Shown here: piece by piece, positions 19,087-28,448 of the stretch | Numbering within the stretch: position 1 is the stretch's first letter | How the letters are laid out: each line of letters starts with the position of its first letter | NCBI GenBank assembly: GCA_963737655.1 | Contig: CAVTTN010000002.1 | Span: 5,856,001-5,920,000, forward strand | Length of the DNA: 64,000 nucleotides | From: an uncultured Planctomycetota bacterium | GTDB lineage: Bacteria; Planctomycetota; Planctomycetia; Isosphaerales; Isosphaeraceae | Reading direction: 5' to 3' | The notes under the pieces: generated by a model | What the model was told of the DNA's origin: nothing | Databases searched by the model: none | Seen by the model: only the letters and a program-made list of their open reading frames with translations | Translations under genes and position numbers: made by a program

Positions 19087-19937
19087 GCAGATCACCGGCC
19101 GGGTGGCATGCTTACGTCCGCGTAAGCATGTCTTCCTGCGACGCCCGCGCGGACATGCCCACCCAAACGCATGCATGTCTCCGCATGTTGTCCCGGAGGG
19201 TCCAGGCCCCAAACCAGGGGCCTCGGACCGTCCCCCGGGGGCATCCGATCACAAACCGAAGGGCGGATCACGGCAGACCTCCGAACCACGACCCGCACCA
19301 AGGCCGGAACCCCCGGCCCCAAGCGAGTCACCTTGCTCAAAACCATCGCGACCAACGCCCCCGACGATCACCCAATCCCAAAAATCGAACGGCGGCCCGA
19401 GAAACCACACGCCCTCGAAGGCCCTCGACCACGACCCGGGACTGCGCCGATTCGGACAGAAAACGAGCAAAAAGGCCCCGAAACCCCCTCGACGCAACTC
19501 CAGGAAGGGCCAGGACTTGAACGTGATACGAACAAAAAACTCAAATATGAGGATCGGACCCGCGTGCGCAGTCGCTGCGCGCTCGGAAACAGCCTGAAAA
19601 CCGCCGTTCCCGACGTTTCTCGGGAAAAAGTGTCGTCAACTTCCCCGAAAGTGTCGTCAACTTTCCCCCAACATCTGCGCTCACGCATCTCTAATTTCCT
19701 TCAAATCCACAGCGTCGAACAAATTTTCAAGATTCGCAGATTCGCACACCAGAACATCGGCAAGCTACCACTCTCAACTGCGACCCCCCTCTCCCGCGAC
19801 GACACTTCGGAGGGCAAGCCGCGGGCCGCCGTCATCGACGCAAGAACACCCCACCAAACTCCCCTTTCCCCCATCTTTCTCCGTGAATTTCGCAAATTAC
19901 CCCAAAGCTCCAAATTTCCCAAACCAACAGGAACAAG

Positions 19938-20335
19938 GAATCCTGCGAGGCCCCCTGCGCTCCGGGGGACGACCCGATCGAGACGCAACCGAGGAGGCCG
20001 CGACGCTCGTCGATTAGACCGCATCCACAGATTTATGAAAAATCAAATCTCGATTATATCAGCCTTGAACCGGCGGGTCGGCAAGGGCCGCCGATCTCCA
20101 AATTCGGGGTAACTCAGCTCGCACGTTGCCCCGGCTTTCTGATTTCCCGGCGGAGCACGCGGCGGGGATAACCCAGAGCACCCAGAACGCCAGGAAGGAA
20201 CCGGACCACCGGCCGAATCGAATCCAGGAGGAAAAAATCCAAGAAATTTCTTGCGGGGCGAGTTCCTCGCCGGCAAGATGAAAATCCGGCTCAGGATTAT
20301 ACGTCACTTTCGATGTCTACTTCATGTTAGGCGGA
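19938..20335 (+). repeat. Array leader copy A ending in an attI-like site (GTTAGGC 20326-20332)
   Basis: Direct paralogue of 28449-28910; ends CACTTTCGATGTCTACTTCATGTTAGGCGG just before the first cassette; no attC hairpin upstream. Confidence 0.65.
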
Positions 20336-20605
20336 ACGCCGCGAGGGTTGCCGGCGCTTGACGAGGCGGTTACGCTCGATGGCGCGTCGTGAGCTCGCTC
20401 GGCGACCGGTCGTCGAGCGCAACAGTCGCGCGGCCCGCGTCCCGGGATCGGGGGTGGCGTCCCGTCTAACTCCCGGTAGGCGGAACGGTCGTTCCGCCTA
20501 GCCATTCGGCGTTGAAGTGGATTGCTCGCGGGCCTTCCGTATCGGTCATATGCGCATGTGACGATGTATTTAATTCCTCATTAGCCGAAGTGAGGCCCGA
20601 CGACC

Positions 20606-20917
20606 ATGGCTCTAACGGCTTGCCCGGAGTGCGGGCGAGAGGTGTCCGACCGTGCCCCAACCTGCCCTCAGTGCGGGTGCCCGATCGCCAGCGCGACGCC
20701 CCGACCTCCCACCGCACCACCTCCAGCCCCGCGAACTCCCACACAACCACCTCAGGCCGCGCAGACGCATACCCGCAGCCAGGAGGTCGGCTCCTTCGAC
20801 AAGAGCTTCGGTAACGCGGCCGGGACCAGGCTCGGGTGCATGGCTGTGGGTGGGATCATACTTGCCATCTTATTCGTGTTCATAATGATTATCGCCGCCA
20901 TAGCCAACAGCCGGTAG
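20606..20917 (+). CDS. Cassette gene: zinc-ribbon plus TM protein
   Basis: CPECGREVSDRAPTCPQCG; C-terminal TM helix. Confidence 0.8.
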   Translation: MALTACPECGREVSDRAPTCPQCGCPIASATPRPPTAPPPAPRTPTQPPQAAQTHTRSQEVGSFDKSFGNAAGTRLGCMAVGGIILAILFVFIMIIAAIANSR

Positions 20918-20973
20918 AGTCGGCCCGACGAAAAGGAGACGGGATGGAATGCCATCGTCACGAGTCGGCCGCC

Positions 20974-21353
20974 TCTTCGTGAACTCTTTGGCTGGGAACG
21001 GCCATCGACGCGCGACACTACCCCAACCCCAGGCTTTGTGGCCGGGCAGCGGCGAGGTCCGGGTAGCAAACCGACGGATTCAAGAGCGGCGGACGAGGCG
21101 CGGGCCGAGAGGGGAGTCGGTTACGCTTGCAGTCTCTTCGACGGGAACATCCCCGCGAGTCGGCTCGCGGGGCGTCGCCAATGACCGGATCACGACCTCT
21201 CGGGCCAGGCTAACCTACGGGCAGGGAGCACCAAGGTGGAGACGGCCGGGAGGCCCGCGCCACACTCAGGCTACGCCGCGCCGGGTCGGCGGGCAAGTCG
21301 TCCCCGACCCCCGTTCACGCCCCGTCGGGAGCGGACGAAGGCCGCAGGATGGT
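20974..21353. mobile_element. 380-bp attC-inserted element, copy 1
   Basis: TCTTCGTGAACTC...CCGCAGGATGGT between CGCC and TAAC of the attC R'' box. Confidence 0.9.
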
Positions 21354-21449
21354 TAACCTCGCGCTGCAGCGGACCCGCACCGCCGCGACGGTTATCGTGC
21401 TATCATGGCTTACTCGGCGGTGCGGGTCCGCTGAGCTTTGGCGTTAGGC
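21354..21449 (+). other. attC site (R'' split by the element)
   Basis: TAAC-CTC-GCGCTGCAGCGGACCCGCACCGCCG...CGGCGGTGCGGGTCCGCTGAGC-GTTAGGC; extra G in L''. Confidence 0.9.
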
Positions 21450-21564
21450 GGCGGAGAACACCCCGTCGTCGCGTCGTGCCTGAAACCTCCTATCATCACG
21501 TCGAAGCTCCCCCGATCAGGCTCGCAACACCGGTCGGGAGTGAACGGCGGGAGTCGATCGCGCC

Positions 21565-21930
21565 ATGGAGAATGCCTCGCACTACCGCGATGATCCCAGG
21601 CGATTAGAGGCCGCTGAGCTGTTGGGCACATTGTTCTCATCGGCTCCGCGTCCGGCGGCGGAAATCCTGACCATCGCGAGGAAGCTGGAGGGCCATGACG
21701 GGGTCGGGTTCTTCAAGTTGCCGGTCCCCTATTTCATCAAATCGAATGGTATCGTGCTTAAGTCCGGATTAAACTCGATGAGGGGCGCGGTGAGTTCGCT
21801 CATAGCCGATCTAGAGGCGATGGACCCAGCGGCACTCGTCGTCGTCGATATCGACGCCAGTGCCCTGGGCGGTGGCCTGGCACCTGAAGAGCCGGTGCCA
21901 CCCGACAGCCGACCGGACGCCTCTTCGTGA
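21565..21930 (+). CDS. Cassette gene: hypothetical protein
   Basis: 121-aa ORF between attC sites; its stop codon lies inside element copy 2. Confidence 0.55.
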   Translation: MENASHYRDDPRRLEAAELLGTLFSSAPRPAAEILTIARKLEGHDGVGFFKLPVPYFIKSNGIVLKSGLNSMRGAVSSLIADLEAMDPAALVVVDIDASALGGGLAPEEPVPPDSRPDASS

Positions 21931-22301
21931 ACTCTTTGGCTGGGAACGGCCATCGACGCGCGACACTACCCCAACCCCAGGCTTTGTGGCCGGGCAGCGG
22001 CGAGGTCCGGGTAGCAAACCGACGGATTCAAGAGCGGCGGACGAGGCGCGGGCCGAGAGGGGAGTCGGTTACGCTTGCAGTCTCTTCGACGGGAACATCC
22101 CCGCGAGTCGGCTCGCGGGGCGTCGCCAATGACCGGATCACGACCTCTCGGGCCAGGCTAACCTACGGGCAGGGAGCACCAAGGTGGAGACGGCCGGGAG
22201 GCCCGCGCCACACTCAGGCTACGCCGCGCCGGGTCGGCGGGCAAGTCGTCCCCGACCCCCGTTCACGCCCCGTCGGGAGCGGACGAAGGCCGCAGGATGG
22301 T
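21922..22301. mobile_element. 380-bp attC-inserted element, copy 2
   Basis: Identical to copy 1 as read. Confidence 0.9.
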
Positions 22302-22398
22302 TAACCTCGCGCTGCAGCGGACCCCGCACCGCCGCGGCGCCTTCTCTGTTATCCTGCCCCTCTCGGCGGTGCGGGTCCGCTGAGCTTAGGTGTTAGGC
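22302..22398 (+). other. attC site
   Basis: TAAC...imperfect hairpin...GTTAGGC (22392-22398). Confidence 0.9.
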
Positions 22399-22450
22399 GG
22401 CTCCAAAGAACCTCTGGCGTTATCGCCACCCTCGAAGTGGAGATTCAGCG

Positions 22451-23125
22451 ATGAGGAATCGAACAACGTCGCTATTTGTCAGTCTGGTCGTGATGGCCTC
22501 AGCCAGTGGCGCCAAGGGCGACCTACTTATCAACCCAGGGGCCGAGACGGGCGACCTGACCGGCTGGACCAAGGGCGGGGTCTCGAACCCGTTCGTCGAC
22601 AACGGGTCCTTCGACCCGGGCATCAATCCTCACTCCGGTCGCTTCGATTTCGTCGGCGGCACGGGCGCGTTCGGGACGCTCACCCAGAACGTCTCCTTGG
22701 CCGGCGCTCCGGGAGTTACCGACGCCCAGATCGATAGCGGGATCGTCTCTGCTCAGGTATCCTTCTGGGAGCAGGGACTCAACCAAGGCCCCACCAGCGA
22801 TAACGGCTTCGTCTCGCTCACCTTCCGTGACGCGAACAACTCGGTGTTGGGCACCGTCTCTACTCCAGTGATCGATTCTCACGACCTGACCTGGGAGAAC
22901 TTCACCGGGAGCTTCGCGGTCCTGGCTGGCACTCGTTCTATCGATTACACGATGAACTTCACGCGCCATGTCGGCAGCGATAACGATGCATTTTTCGACG
23001 ACAACAGCCTCACGGTCTCGGTTAATTCCGTGCCGGAGCCGACCAGTCTCTTTATGTTGGGGTCCGGTGCTCTGGCGGTTCTCGGCTACGCCCGGCGGCG
23101 AAGGGTGCAGACCGCCTCTTCGTGA
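22451..23125 (+). CDS. Cassette gene: PEP-CTERM protein
   Basis: Signal peptide; LLINPGAETGDLTGW; VPEPTSLFMLGSG...RRRR. Confidence 0.9.
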   Translation: MRNRTTSLFVSLVVMASASGAKGDLLINPGAETGDLTGWTKGGVSNPFVDNGSFDPGINPHSGRFDFVGGTGAFGTLTQNVSLAGAPGVTDAQIDSGIVSAQVSFWEQGLNQGPTSDNGFVSLTFRDANNSVLGTVSTPVIDSHDLTWENFTGSFAVLAGTRSIDYTMNFTRHVGSDNDAFFDDNSLTVSVNSVPEPTSLFMLGSGALAVLGYARRRRVQTASS

Positions 23126-23496
23126 ACTCTTTGGCTGGGAACGGCCATCGACGCGCGACACTACCCCAACCCCAGGCTTTGTGGCCGGGCAGCGGCGAGG
23201 TCCGGGTAGCAAACCGACGGATTCAAGAGCGGCGGACGAGGCGCGGGCCGAGAGGGGAGTCGGTTACGCTTGCAGTCTCTTCGACGGGAACATCCCCGCG
23301 AGTCGGCTCGCGGGGCGTCGCCAATGACCGGATCACGACCTCTCGGGCCAGGCTAACCTACGGGCAGGGAGCACCAAGGTGGAGACGGCCGGGAGGCCCG
23401 CGCCACACTCAGGCTACGCCGCGCCGGGTCGGCGGGCAAGTCGTCCCCGACCCCCGTTCACGCCCCGTCGGGAGCGGACGAAGGCCGCAGGATGGT
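23117..23496. mobile_element. 380-bp attC-inserted element, copy 3
   Basis: Identical to copy 1 as read. Confidence 0.9.
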
Positions 23497-23593
23497 TAAC
23501 CTCGCGCTGCAGCGGACCCCGCACCGCCGCGGCGCTCACTCTGCTATCATGGCTCACTCGGCGGTGCGGGTCCGCTGAGCTTTGTTGTTAGGC
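23497..23593 (+). other. attC site
   Basis: TAAC...hairpin...GTTAGGC (23587-23593). Confidence 0.9.
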
Positions 23594-23615
23594 GGCGGGG
23601 TTAGGGGGGTCGTCG

Positions 23616-23981
23616 ATGCATGCGGGTCACCCCGAACCGACGGAGCGTTGGGGAGCGGTCCCCGAGTGGTACGCCGCTTTCGCTTCGGAGCGGCACTGGG
23701 AGTTTCTCACTCCCATGGTCGGCTTCACGCGATGGGTCGGCTCCTTGCCCATCGCCGCTATGCTGTATCCGCACACATCGCACGAATACCTTTGCGTGCA
23801 ACTGCGGCCCGGGCATCTTCCCGACGAGCCATTGGTCTTCGCATGCGTGCGCCCCGACGGTCAGTTCGAGTGCGGGCTCCAAGGGTGCAAGGGACAACTT
23901 CTGTCGTGTCGTACCAGCCCGATCGAGTCGGCTCACGATGCGTTCGCTTCGGCCCTCATCGGGTTGGGCCTCGTGGCCTGA
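23616..23981 (+). CDS. Cassette gene: hypothetical protein
   Basis: 121-aa ORF starting about 20 bp after attC and filling the cassette. Confidence 0.6.
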   Translation: MHAGHPEPTERWGAVPEWYAAFASERHWEFLTPMVGFTRWVGSLPIAAMLYPHTSHEYLCVQLRPGHLPDEPLVFACVRPDGQFECGLQGCKGQLLSCRTSPIESAHDAFASALIGLGLVA

Positions 23982-24007
23982 TCCACCCGGCATCGGTCGA
24001 CGCCGCC

Positions 24008-24387
24008 TCTTCGTGAACTCTTTGGCTTGGAACGGCCATCGACGCGCGACACTACCCCAACCCCAGGCTTTGTGGCCGGGCAGCGGCGAGGTCCGGGTAG
24101 CAAACCGACGGATTCAAGAGCGGCGGACGAGGCGCGGGCCGAGAGGGGAGTCGGTTACGCTTGCAGTCTCTTCGACGGGAACATCCCCGCGAGTCGGCTC
24201 GCGGGGCGTCGCCAATGACCGGATCACGACCTCTCGGGCCAGGCTAACCTACGGGCAGGGAGCACCAAGGTGGAGACGGCCGGGAGGCCCGCGCCACACT
24301 CAGGCTACGCCGCGCCGGGTCGGCGGGCAAGTCGTCCCCGACCCCCGTTCACGCCCCGTCGGGAGCGGACGAAGGCCGCAGGATGGT
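24008..24387. mobile_element. 380-bp attC-inserted element, copy 4
   Basis: One substitution (G>T at 24028) relative to the other copies. Confidence 0.9.
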
Positions 24388-24484
24388 TAACCTCGCGCTG
24401 CAGCGGACCCGGCCCGCCGCGGCGCTTTCTGGTAATATCAAGGTCAATCTCGGCGGGCCGGTCCGCTGAGCTTTGTCGTTAGGC
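24388..24484 (+). other. attC site
   Basis: TAAC...GGACCCGGCCCGCCG/CGGCGGGCCGGTCC...GTTAGGC (24478-24484). Confidence 0.9.
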
Positions 24485-24501
24485 GGCGGAGGGCTACGGA
24501 G

Positions 24502-25398
24502 TTGAAGCGTGAAGCGCGACTCAACGAGACTATAGACGCAATCCTTGAGGATTTCATTGCGATCGGGTCGCCTCGTGCTGGTGCGCTGCTCAGCAACGAT
24601 GCTGATCCTGAATTCATCCGGGGTGTTCAGGCTGCGATTGTTTCGCTTGAAATGGGAATTTCATTATCTTATGCTGAAAAGCGATACGTCCCACCAGCAG
24701 GCCCAATCGTCCTCCCAAAACGGTACATCTTGTTTCAAGGCGCTTATCGTACCGCCGTTGATCATGTTAGTCGCATAAAGAAAAAGTGGAGACAGCGACC
24801 CGATGAGGAGCAGATTTGCAGTGTTGGCGGTATCGTGTTCTCAAATGTTGCTCTTCGGCGAGTGGAGGGCACCTTCCGCGCGGCGGGTCTATTGTTTCGA
24901 ATAGGATATATGCTCGAAGCCCGAGCAGTTGCACGAACTATTTTGGAACAAGTAGCGTGGTCTTATGCAGTCCGCGACATTATTGATTTTGATCAAGCAT
25001 CTAAATTGAGTCCTACAAAATGTATTTCGGAGTTAAAGAAATTGCTGCCTTACGTTGGGCGGCTTTATGGGGATTTAAGTGAAGAGACGCACCTAGGGTT
25101 GGAAGAGCATGGTCGCTTCCTGCGTATTGAGGGAAATACCTCGAAAGTGCTTTTTTGTCATGGCGAAGATAGTTGGGAGAGCGGGCTAGTTTTGTTGAAT
25201 TTGGCAGACATCTGGGCTGTTGTCTTTGAATGCTCCCAGCGAGCATTCGTGTTGCAGCCGGAATGCTGGTCCGCGAAAATCAACGGCTTCGAGCTCAACA
25301 AAGATCGCCCTATGGTCAAGACCATCGAAGAATACTACGCCGACGCCGATGGAATAGCTGAGATGGCGGCCGATCTCAGGGATAATGCGGACGCCTAA
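24502..25398 (+). CDS. Cassette gene: AT-richer hypothetical protein, DUF5677/HEPN-like
   Basis: GGAGG RBS and TTG start; ARAVARTILE and YGDLSEETH motifs; ends GCC TAA (R''), remainder of attC lost. Confidence 0.65.
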   Translation: MKREARLNETIDAILEDFIAIGSPRAGALLSNDADPEFIRGVQAAIVSLEMGISLSYAEKRYVPPAGPIVLPKRYILFQGAYRTAVDHVSRIKKKWRQRPDEEQICSVGGIVFSNVALRRVEGTFRAAGLLFRIGYMLEARAVARTILEQVAWSYAVRDIIDFDQASKLSPTKCISELKKLLPYVGRLYGDLSEETHLGLEEHGRFLRIEGNTSKVLFCHGEDSWESGLVLLNLADIWAVVFECSQRAFVLQPECWSAKINGFELNKDRPMVKTIEEYYADADGIAEMAADLRDNADA

Positions 25399-25787
25399 AG
25401 GCGGAAAAGGGGACGAAGGCGGAAAAGGGGACGGAGGGAATTAGGGGCGGAAAAGGCGGAAAAGGGGACGGAGGGAATTAGGGGCGGAAAAGGGGTCAGG
25501 AGCCGAAAACGGGTTTATTTAGGCGCAGTTTCGGCTCCTGACCCCTTTTCCGCCCTCGTTTTCGGCTCCTGACCCCTTTTCCGCCTTTGACCCCTTTTCC
25601 GCCTTGACCCCTTTTCCGCCTCCCCGCAAATCCGGGGATTCTGCGCCACTTTCGATGTCTACTTCATGTGGGGCGGAAAAGGGGACGGTGGGAATAAACA
25701 AGATTAATACAACCTATTTATTCCCTCCGTCCCCTTTTCCGCCCCCCCGTCCCCTTTTCCGCCCCCCGTCCCCTTTTCCGCCCCCCG
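25399..25787. repeat. Cluster of GGCGGAAAAGGGG(AC/TC) REP-like repeats enclosing an attI-like fragment
   Basis: Many direct and inverted copies; 25621-25668 matches the leader end at 28857-28903. Confidence 0.85.
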
Positions 25788-25850
25788 AAGGATGCTGTTG
25801 CGATTGAGTACGAGCAACGCTTTATCGATTCGTGCAGTTGAGCCGAGCGA

Positions 25851-27815
25851 TTACTCACCCCGGGAACCACCCGGCGCCCAGTTTCCGGCGAATTTGCCGG
25901 CCCGCAAGTCCGGCAACAACTTCAGGATGCAGTCTCCCGGGATGACCATACCTCCGTGCGGACCGGGCCTGGCGATCGTGACCCCGATCGCACGCCCGGT
26001 GAGATCTACGATGGGACCCCCGCACTCGTAGGTAAAGAACGGCACGGCGCACTCGATCACCGTGGGAAAGTCGTCCGCCCGATAGTTGGTGTCGCCGTAA
26101 CGCGTTTCCGGCGCCAGGGGGAGCAACAGATCCATCATCGTGCCGCCCCTCTCGAGGCGGACCGGCACGACGTCCCCTGCCCGTCGGTGCTTGACCGCTT
26201 CCAGGACGTCGGCTTCGGCCTGAACTGAGCGGCCGTCGATGCTACGCAGGAGATCGTGTGGCTTGATGCCGGCGGAATCGGCCAGGCCGAAGGCACCCGT
26301 AACGCGATAGACGGTCGCTCGGGGTAGGCCGAACGCGGCTCGCAGCGAGTAACCACCGATCGGCCGCGGGATTCCGTGGATTTTCGGGCGCCCGGCGGGT
26401 ATCCGCAACGGCAGGGTCTCGGTCGGACGGACCGGCGCAGCGAGATCGCGACGCGGTACGCTGACCACGCCGACGGCCAGCGGCTGCTCGGTGCCGACGG
26501 CCGTCAGGAGCGTCCCGAGCGGGGGATCGAAGTCATCGGCCCACCGCACCGGCTCCAGGCCCGACGCCGGCACCGTGAGCAAGGCCAGGTCGAATGCCGG
26601 GTCGACGCCGGCGACCCGTGCGGACACGACCTTGCCATCCGGGAGGCGGCACGTCGGCCGGTTGGGCAGTTCACTCGCCTTCGTGACCACCCATCCGTCG
26701 GCGGCGACGACCGTGCCCAGGGCGACGGCGACCCCCTCGTTCAGCACGACGACTACGCTGGGGCGAGTCGGCTCCGCGATCGACCGGTATCGAGCCAACG
26801 TCGCGGAGCCCTGGGAGTAGTCCGCCTGTTGGAGACGTGCGCTGGCAAGAAATTCGCCGTCGGTCCTGGCGACGCCCCCTTTGCCGGGCGGAGAGATCTC
26901 TCCGCTTCGCATCGTGTCCATCAGGGAGTCGATGAGCTTGCTCCCCGCGACTTGCCACAGGCCGAATCCGCCGCGACGCTGGAAGCCGGCGTCAAGATCA
27001 CGCCCGAGCGCCAGCCGTCCGTCGTTGCGATGCACGATCCCCAGCAACTTTCCGTCGAGGTCGAAGAAAGGGCCGCCCGAGTCGCCGCCGGCCACCATGC
27101 AATCAGTGGCAAAAAATTCCGCCGTCCCGCCGATCACGCGGCCGAGGCGCACGGGAGCGGATCGGTCCTTGCGGTATCCGAGCGGGTGGCCGATCTTGAG
27201 GACCCAGTCGCCCGCCTCGACCGGGGCCGTGGCGCTGAGCGGCACGTGCGGGTACGGACCGGGCTCGAGCAACCGCAGGAGAGAGAGGTCATAATCGCGA
27301 TTCGCGCCCAGCAGTTCGGCGGGGCACTCGCTGCCGTCGTGGAGGATGACCGTCGTCCTCTCGCCCGCCTTGCCGGACGGCCTGTCCGCCTGATTCGCCG
27401 CGTGGTGTCCATCCTCGGAAGGCTTCTCGTGGCTGACGTGCCACTGCGACAGGACGACCCCGTCGGCGGTGATGATCACCCCGGAGGCATGGTCCTGGTG
27501 TCGCCCCACCTTCGATGGCTTCTTGTAGGGATTCTTCACGGCAACGACGGACGGGAGAACCGCCCGGGCCGACCTGCGGACCCGTTCCTCCAGTTGCGTG
27601 AGGTCGCCCGCCTCACGCCGGACGGTCGGACCGACGCCGCGGTCGTATCCGACCACATCGTCCGCCTGGTCCGGCAAGTAAGTCATCCAGAGACGGATGG
27701 CCAGCCAGCCAGAGAAGACGGCGATGATGAACAATGAGATATAAGAAACTCGCGTTCGCCAGGTGCGACGGGAGCCGACGGCGGTGGTTGCGGGCCAGGC
27801 GGGCACCATTCGCAT
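25851..27815 (-). CDS. Trypsin-like (S1C) serine protease with two protease domains and a PDZ domain
   Basis: TM; SGVIITADGVVLSQWH; DLSLL; GDSGGP; second domain TKASEL...ECGGP; PDZ (AGIKPHDLLRSIDG). Confidence 0.85.
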   Translation of the reverse strand: MRMVPAWPATTAVGSRRTWRTRVSYISLFIIAVFSGWLAIRLWMTYLPDQADDVVGYDRGVGPTVRREAGDLTQLEERVRRSARAVLPSVVAVKNPYKKPSKVGRHQDHASGVIITADGVVLSQWHVSHEKPSEDGHHAANQADRPSGKAGERTTVILHDGSECPAELLGANRDYDLSLLRLLEPGPYPHVPLSATAPVEAGDWVLKIGHPLGYRKDRSAPVRLGRVIGGTAEFFATDCMVAGGDSGGPFFDLDGKLLGIVHRNDGRLALGRDLDAGFQRRGGFGLWQVAGSKLIDSLMDTMRSGEISPPGKGGVARTDGEFLASARLQQADYSQGSATLARYRSIAEPTRPSVVVVLNEGVAVALGTVVAADGWVVTKASELPNRPTCRLPDGKVVSARVAGVDPAFDLALLTVPASGLEPVRWADDFDPPLGTLLTAVGTEQPLAVGVVSVPRRDLAAPVRPTETLPLRIPAGRPKIHGIPRPIGGYSLRAAFGLPRATVYRVTGAFGLADSAGIKPHDLLRSIDGRSVQAEADVLEAVKHRRAGDVVPVRLERGGTMMDLLLPLAPETRYGDTNYRADDFPTVIECAVPFFTYECGGPIVDLTGRAIGVTIARPGPHGGMVIPGDCILKLLPDLRAGKFAGNWAPGGSRGE

Positions 27816-27945
27816 CGGGGCATCTCCTCCGGGGAGGCCGTCGCCATCCGATTAAAGTCACTGGCCATAGGCTTGACGTGGGACGACGCTCGATTCTACC
27901 GGAATTCTACAATTGTCGGAATGCTCTCCTCCCAACCGAGTGAGG

Positions 27946-28255
27946 TCAGGTGTCGTAGGCCCCGCTCATGTTCAGCAGCCGGAGGATGCGACGTTGCAGG
28001 CGGCTCAACTTCGTAGTCAAGACCACCGCCGGGCGCCGGCCCGCTGACAACTCATGCCGCTGCACCTCCTCGAACAGGTCGATCACTTTCCGCGCCGTCG
28101 GCCGCCGACACGCTCGACCCTCCGGGTACAACGGCAGGCTCTCGATCCCCGCGCTTCCCATCGCTCGTCTCAGCTCCCGCTCCAGGAGCGACTCCACCAG
28201 CAAAGCCCAGAAAAAGACGCAGAGCAACGCCTGAATCCGGCTCACCTCCTTCAGG
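27946..28255 (-). mobile_element. C-terminal transposase fragment, IS1634-like
   Basis: LKEVSRIQALLCVFFWALLVESLLERELRRAM...LPLYPEGR...LQRRILRLL; 5' part replaced by REP repeats. Confidence 0.7.
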
Positions 28256-28444
28256 CGGAAAGGGGGACGAGGCGGAAAGGGGGACGCGAGGCGGAAAGGG
28301 GGACGGAGGGAATTATGAGCTTTCCGAGCCACTGAAGGCCGCCTCCCCGTGGGGACGGAAAAGGGGTCAGGGGACGGAAAAGGGGTCAGGAGCCGAAAAT
28401 GGATTTATTTAGGCCCATTTTCGGCTCCTGACCCCTTTTCCGCC
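28253..28444. repeat. REP-like repeat cluster with inverted doublet
   Basis: GGCGGAAAGGGGGAC x3; GGAAAAGGGGTCAGGAGCCGAAAATGG...CCATTTTCGGCTCCTGACCCCTTTTCC. Confidence 0.85.
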
Positions 28445-28448
28445 CAAA

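Noticed and set aside
19171..20112. 313-aa ORF upstream of the array
   Set aside because: Low-complexity, crosses repeats, and has no recombinase motifs.
20974..21353. Canonical group II intron (IIC-attC)
   Set aside because: No GTGYG start, no recognisable domain V, no AY end on either strand, and no RT in the window.
21927..22304. 125-aa ORF MNSLAGNGH... repeated in each element copy
   Set aside because: Arg/Gly/Pro-rich, no RBS or domain seen; identity between copies only reflects the DNA repeat. Coding cannot be fully excluded.
20974..24484. CRISPR array interpretation of the regular repeats
   Set aside because: Repeats are about 400 bp, the intervening segments are whole genes with attC hairpins, and there are no cas genes.
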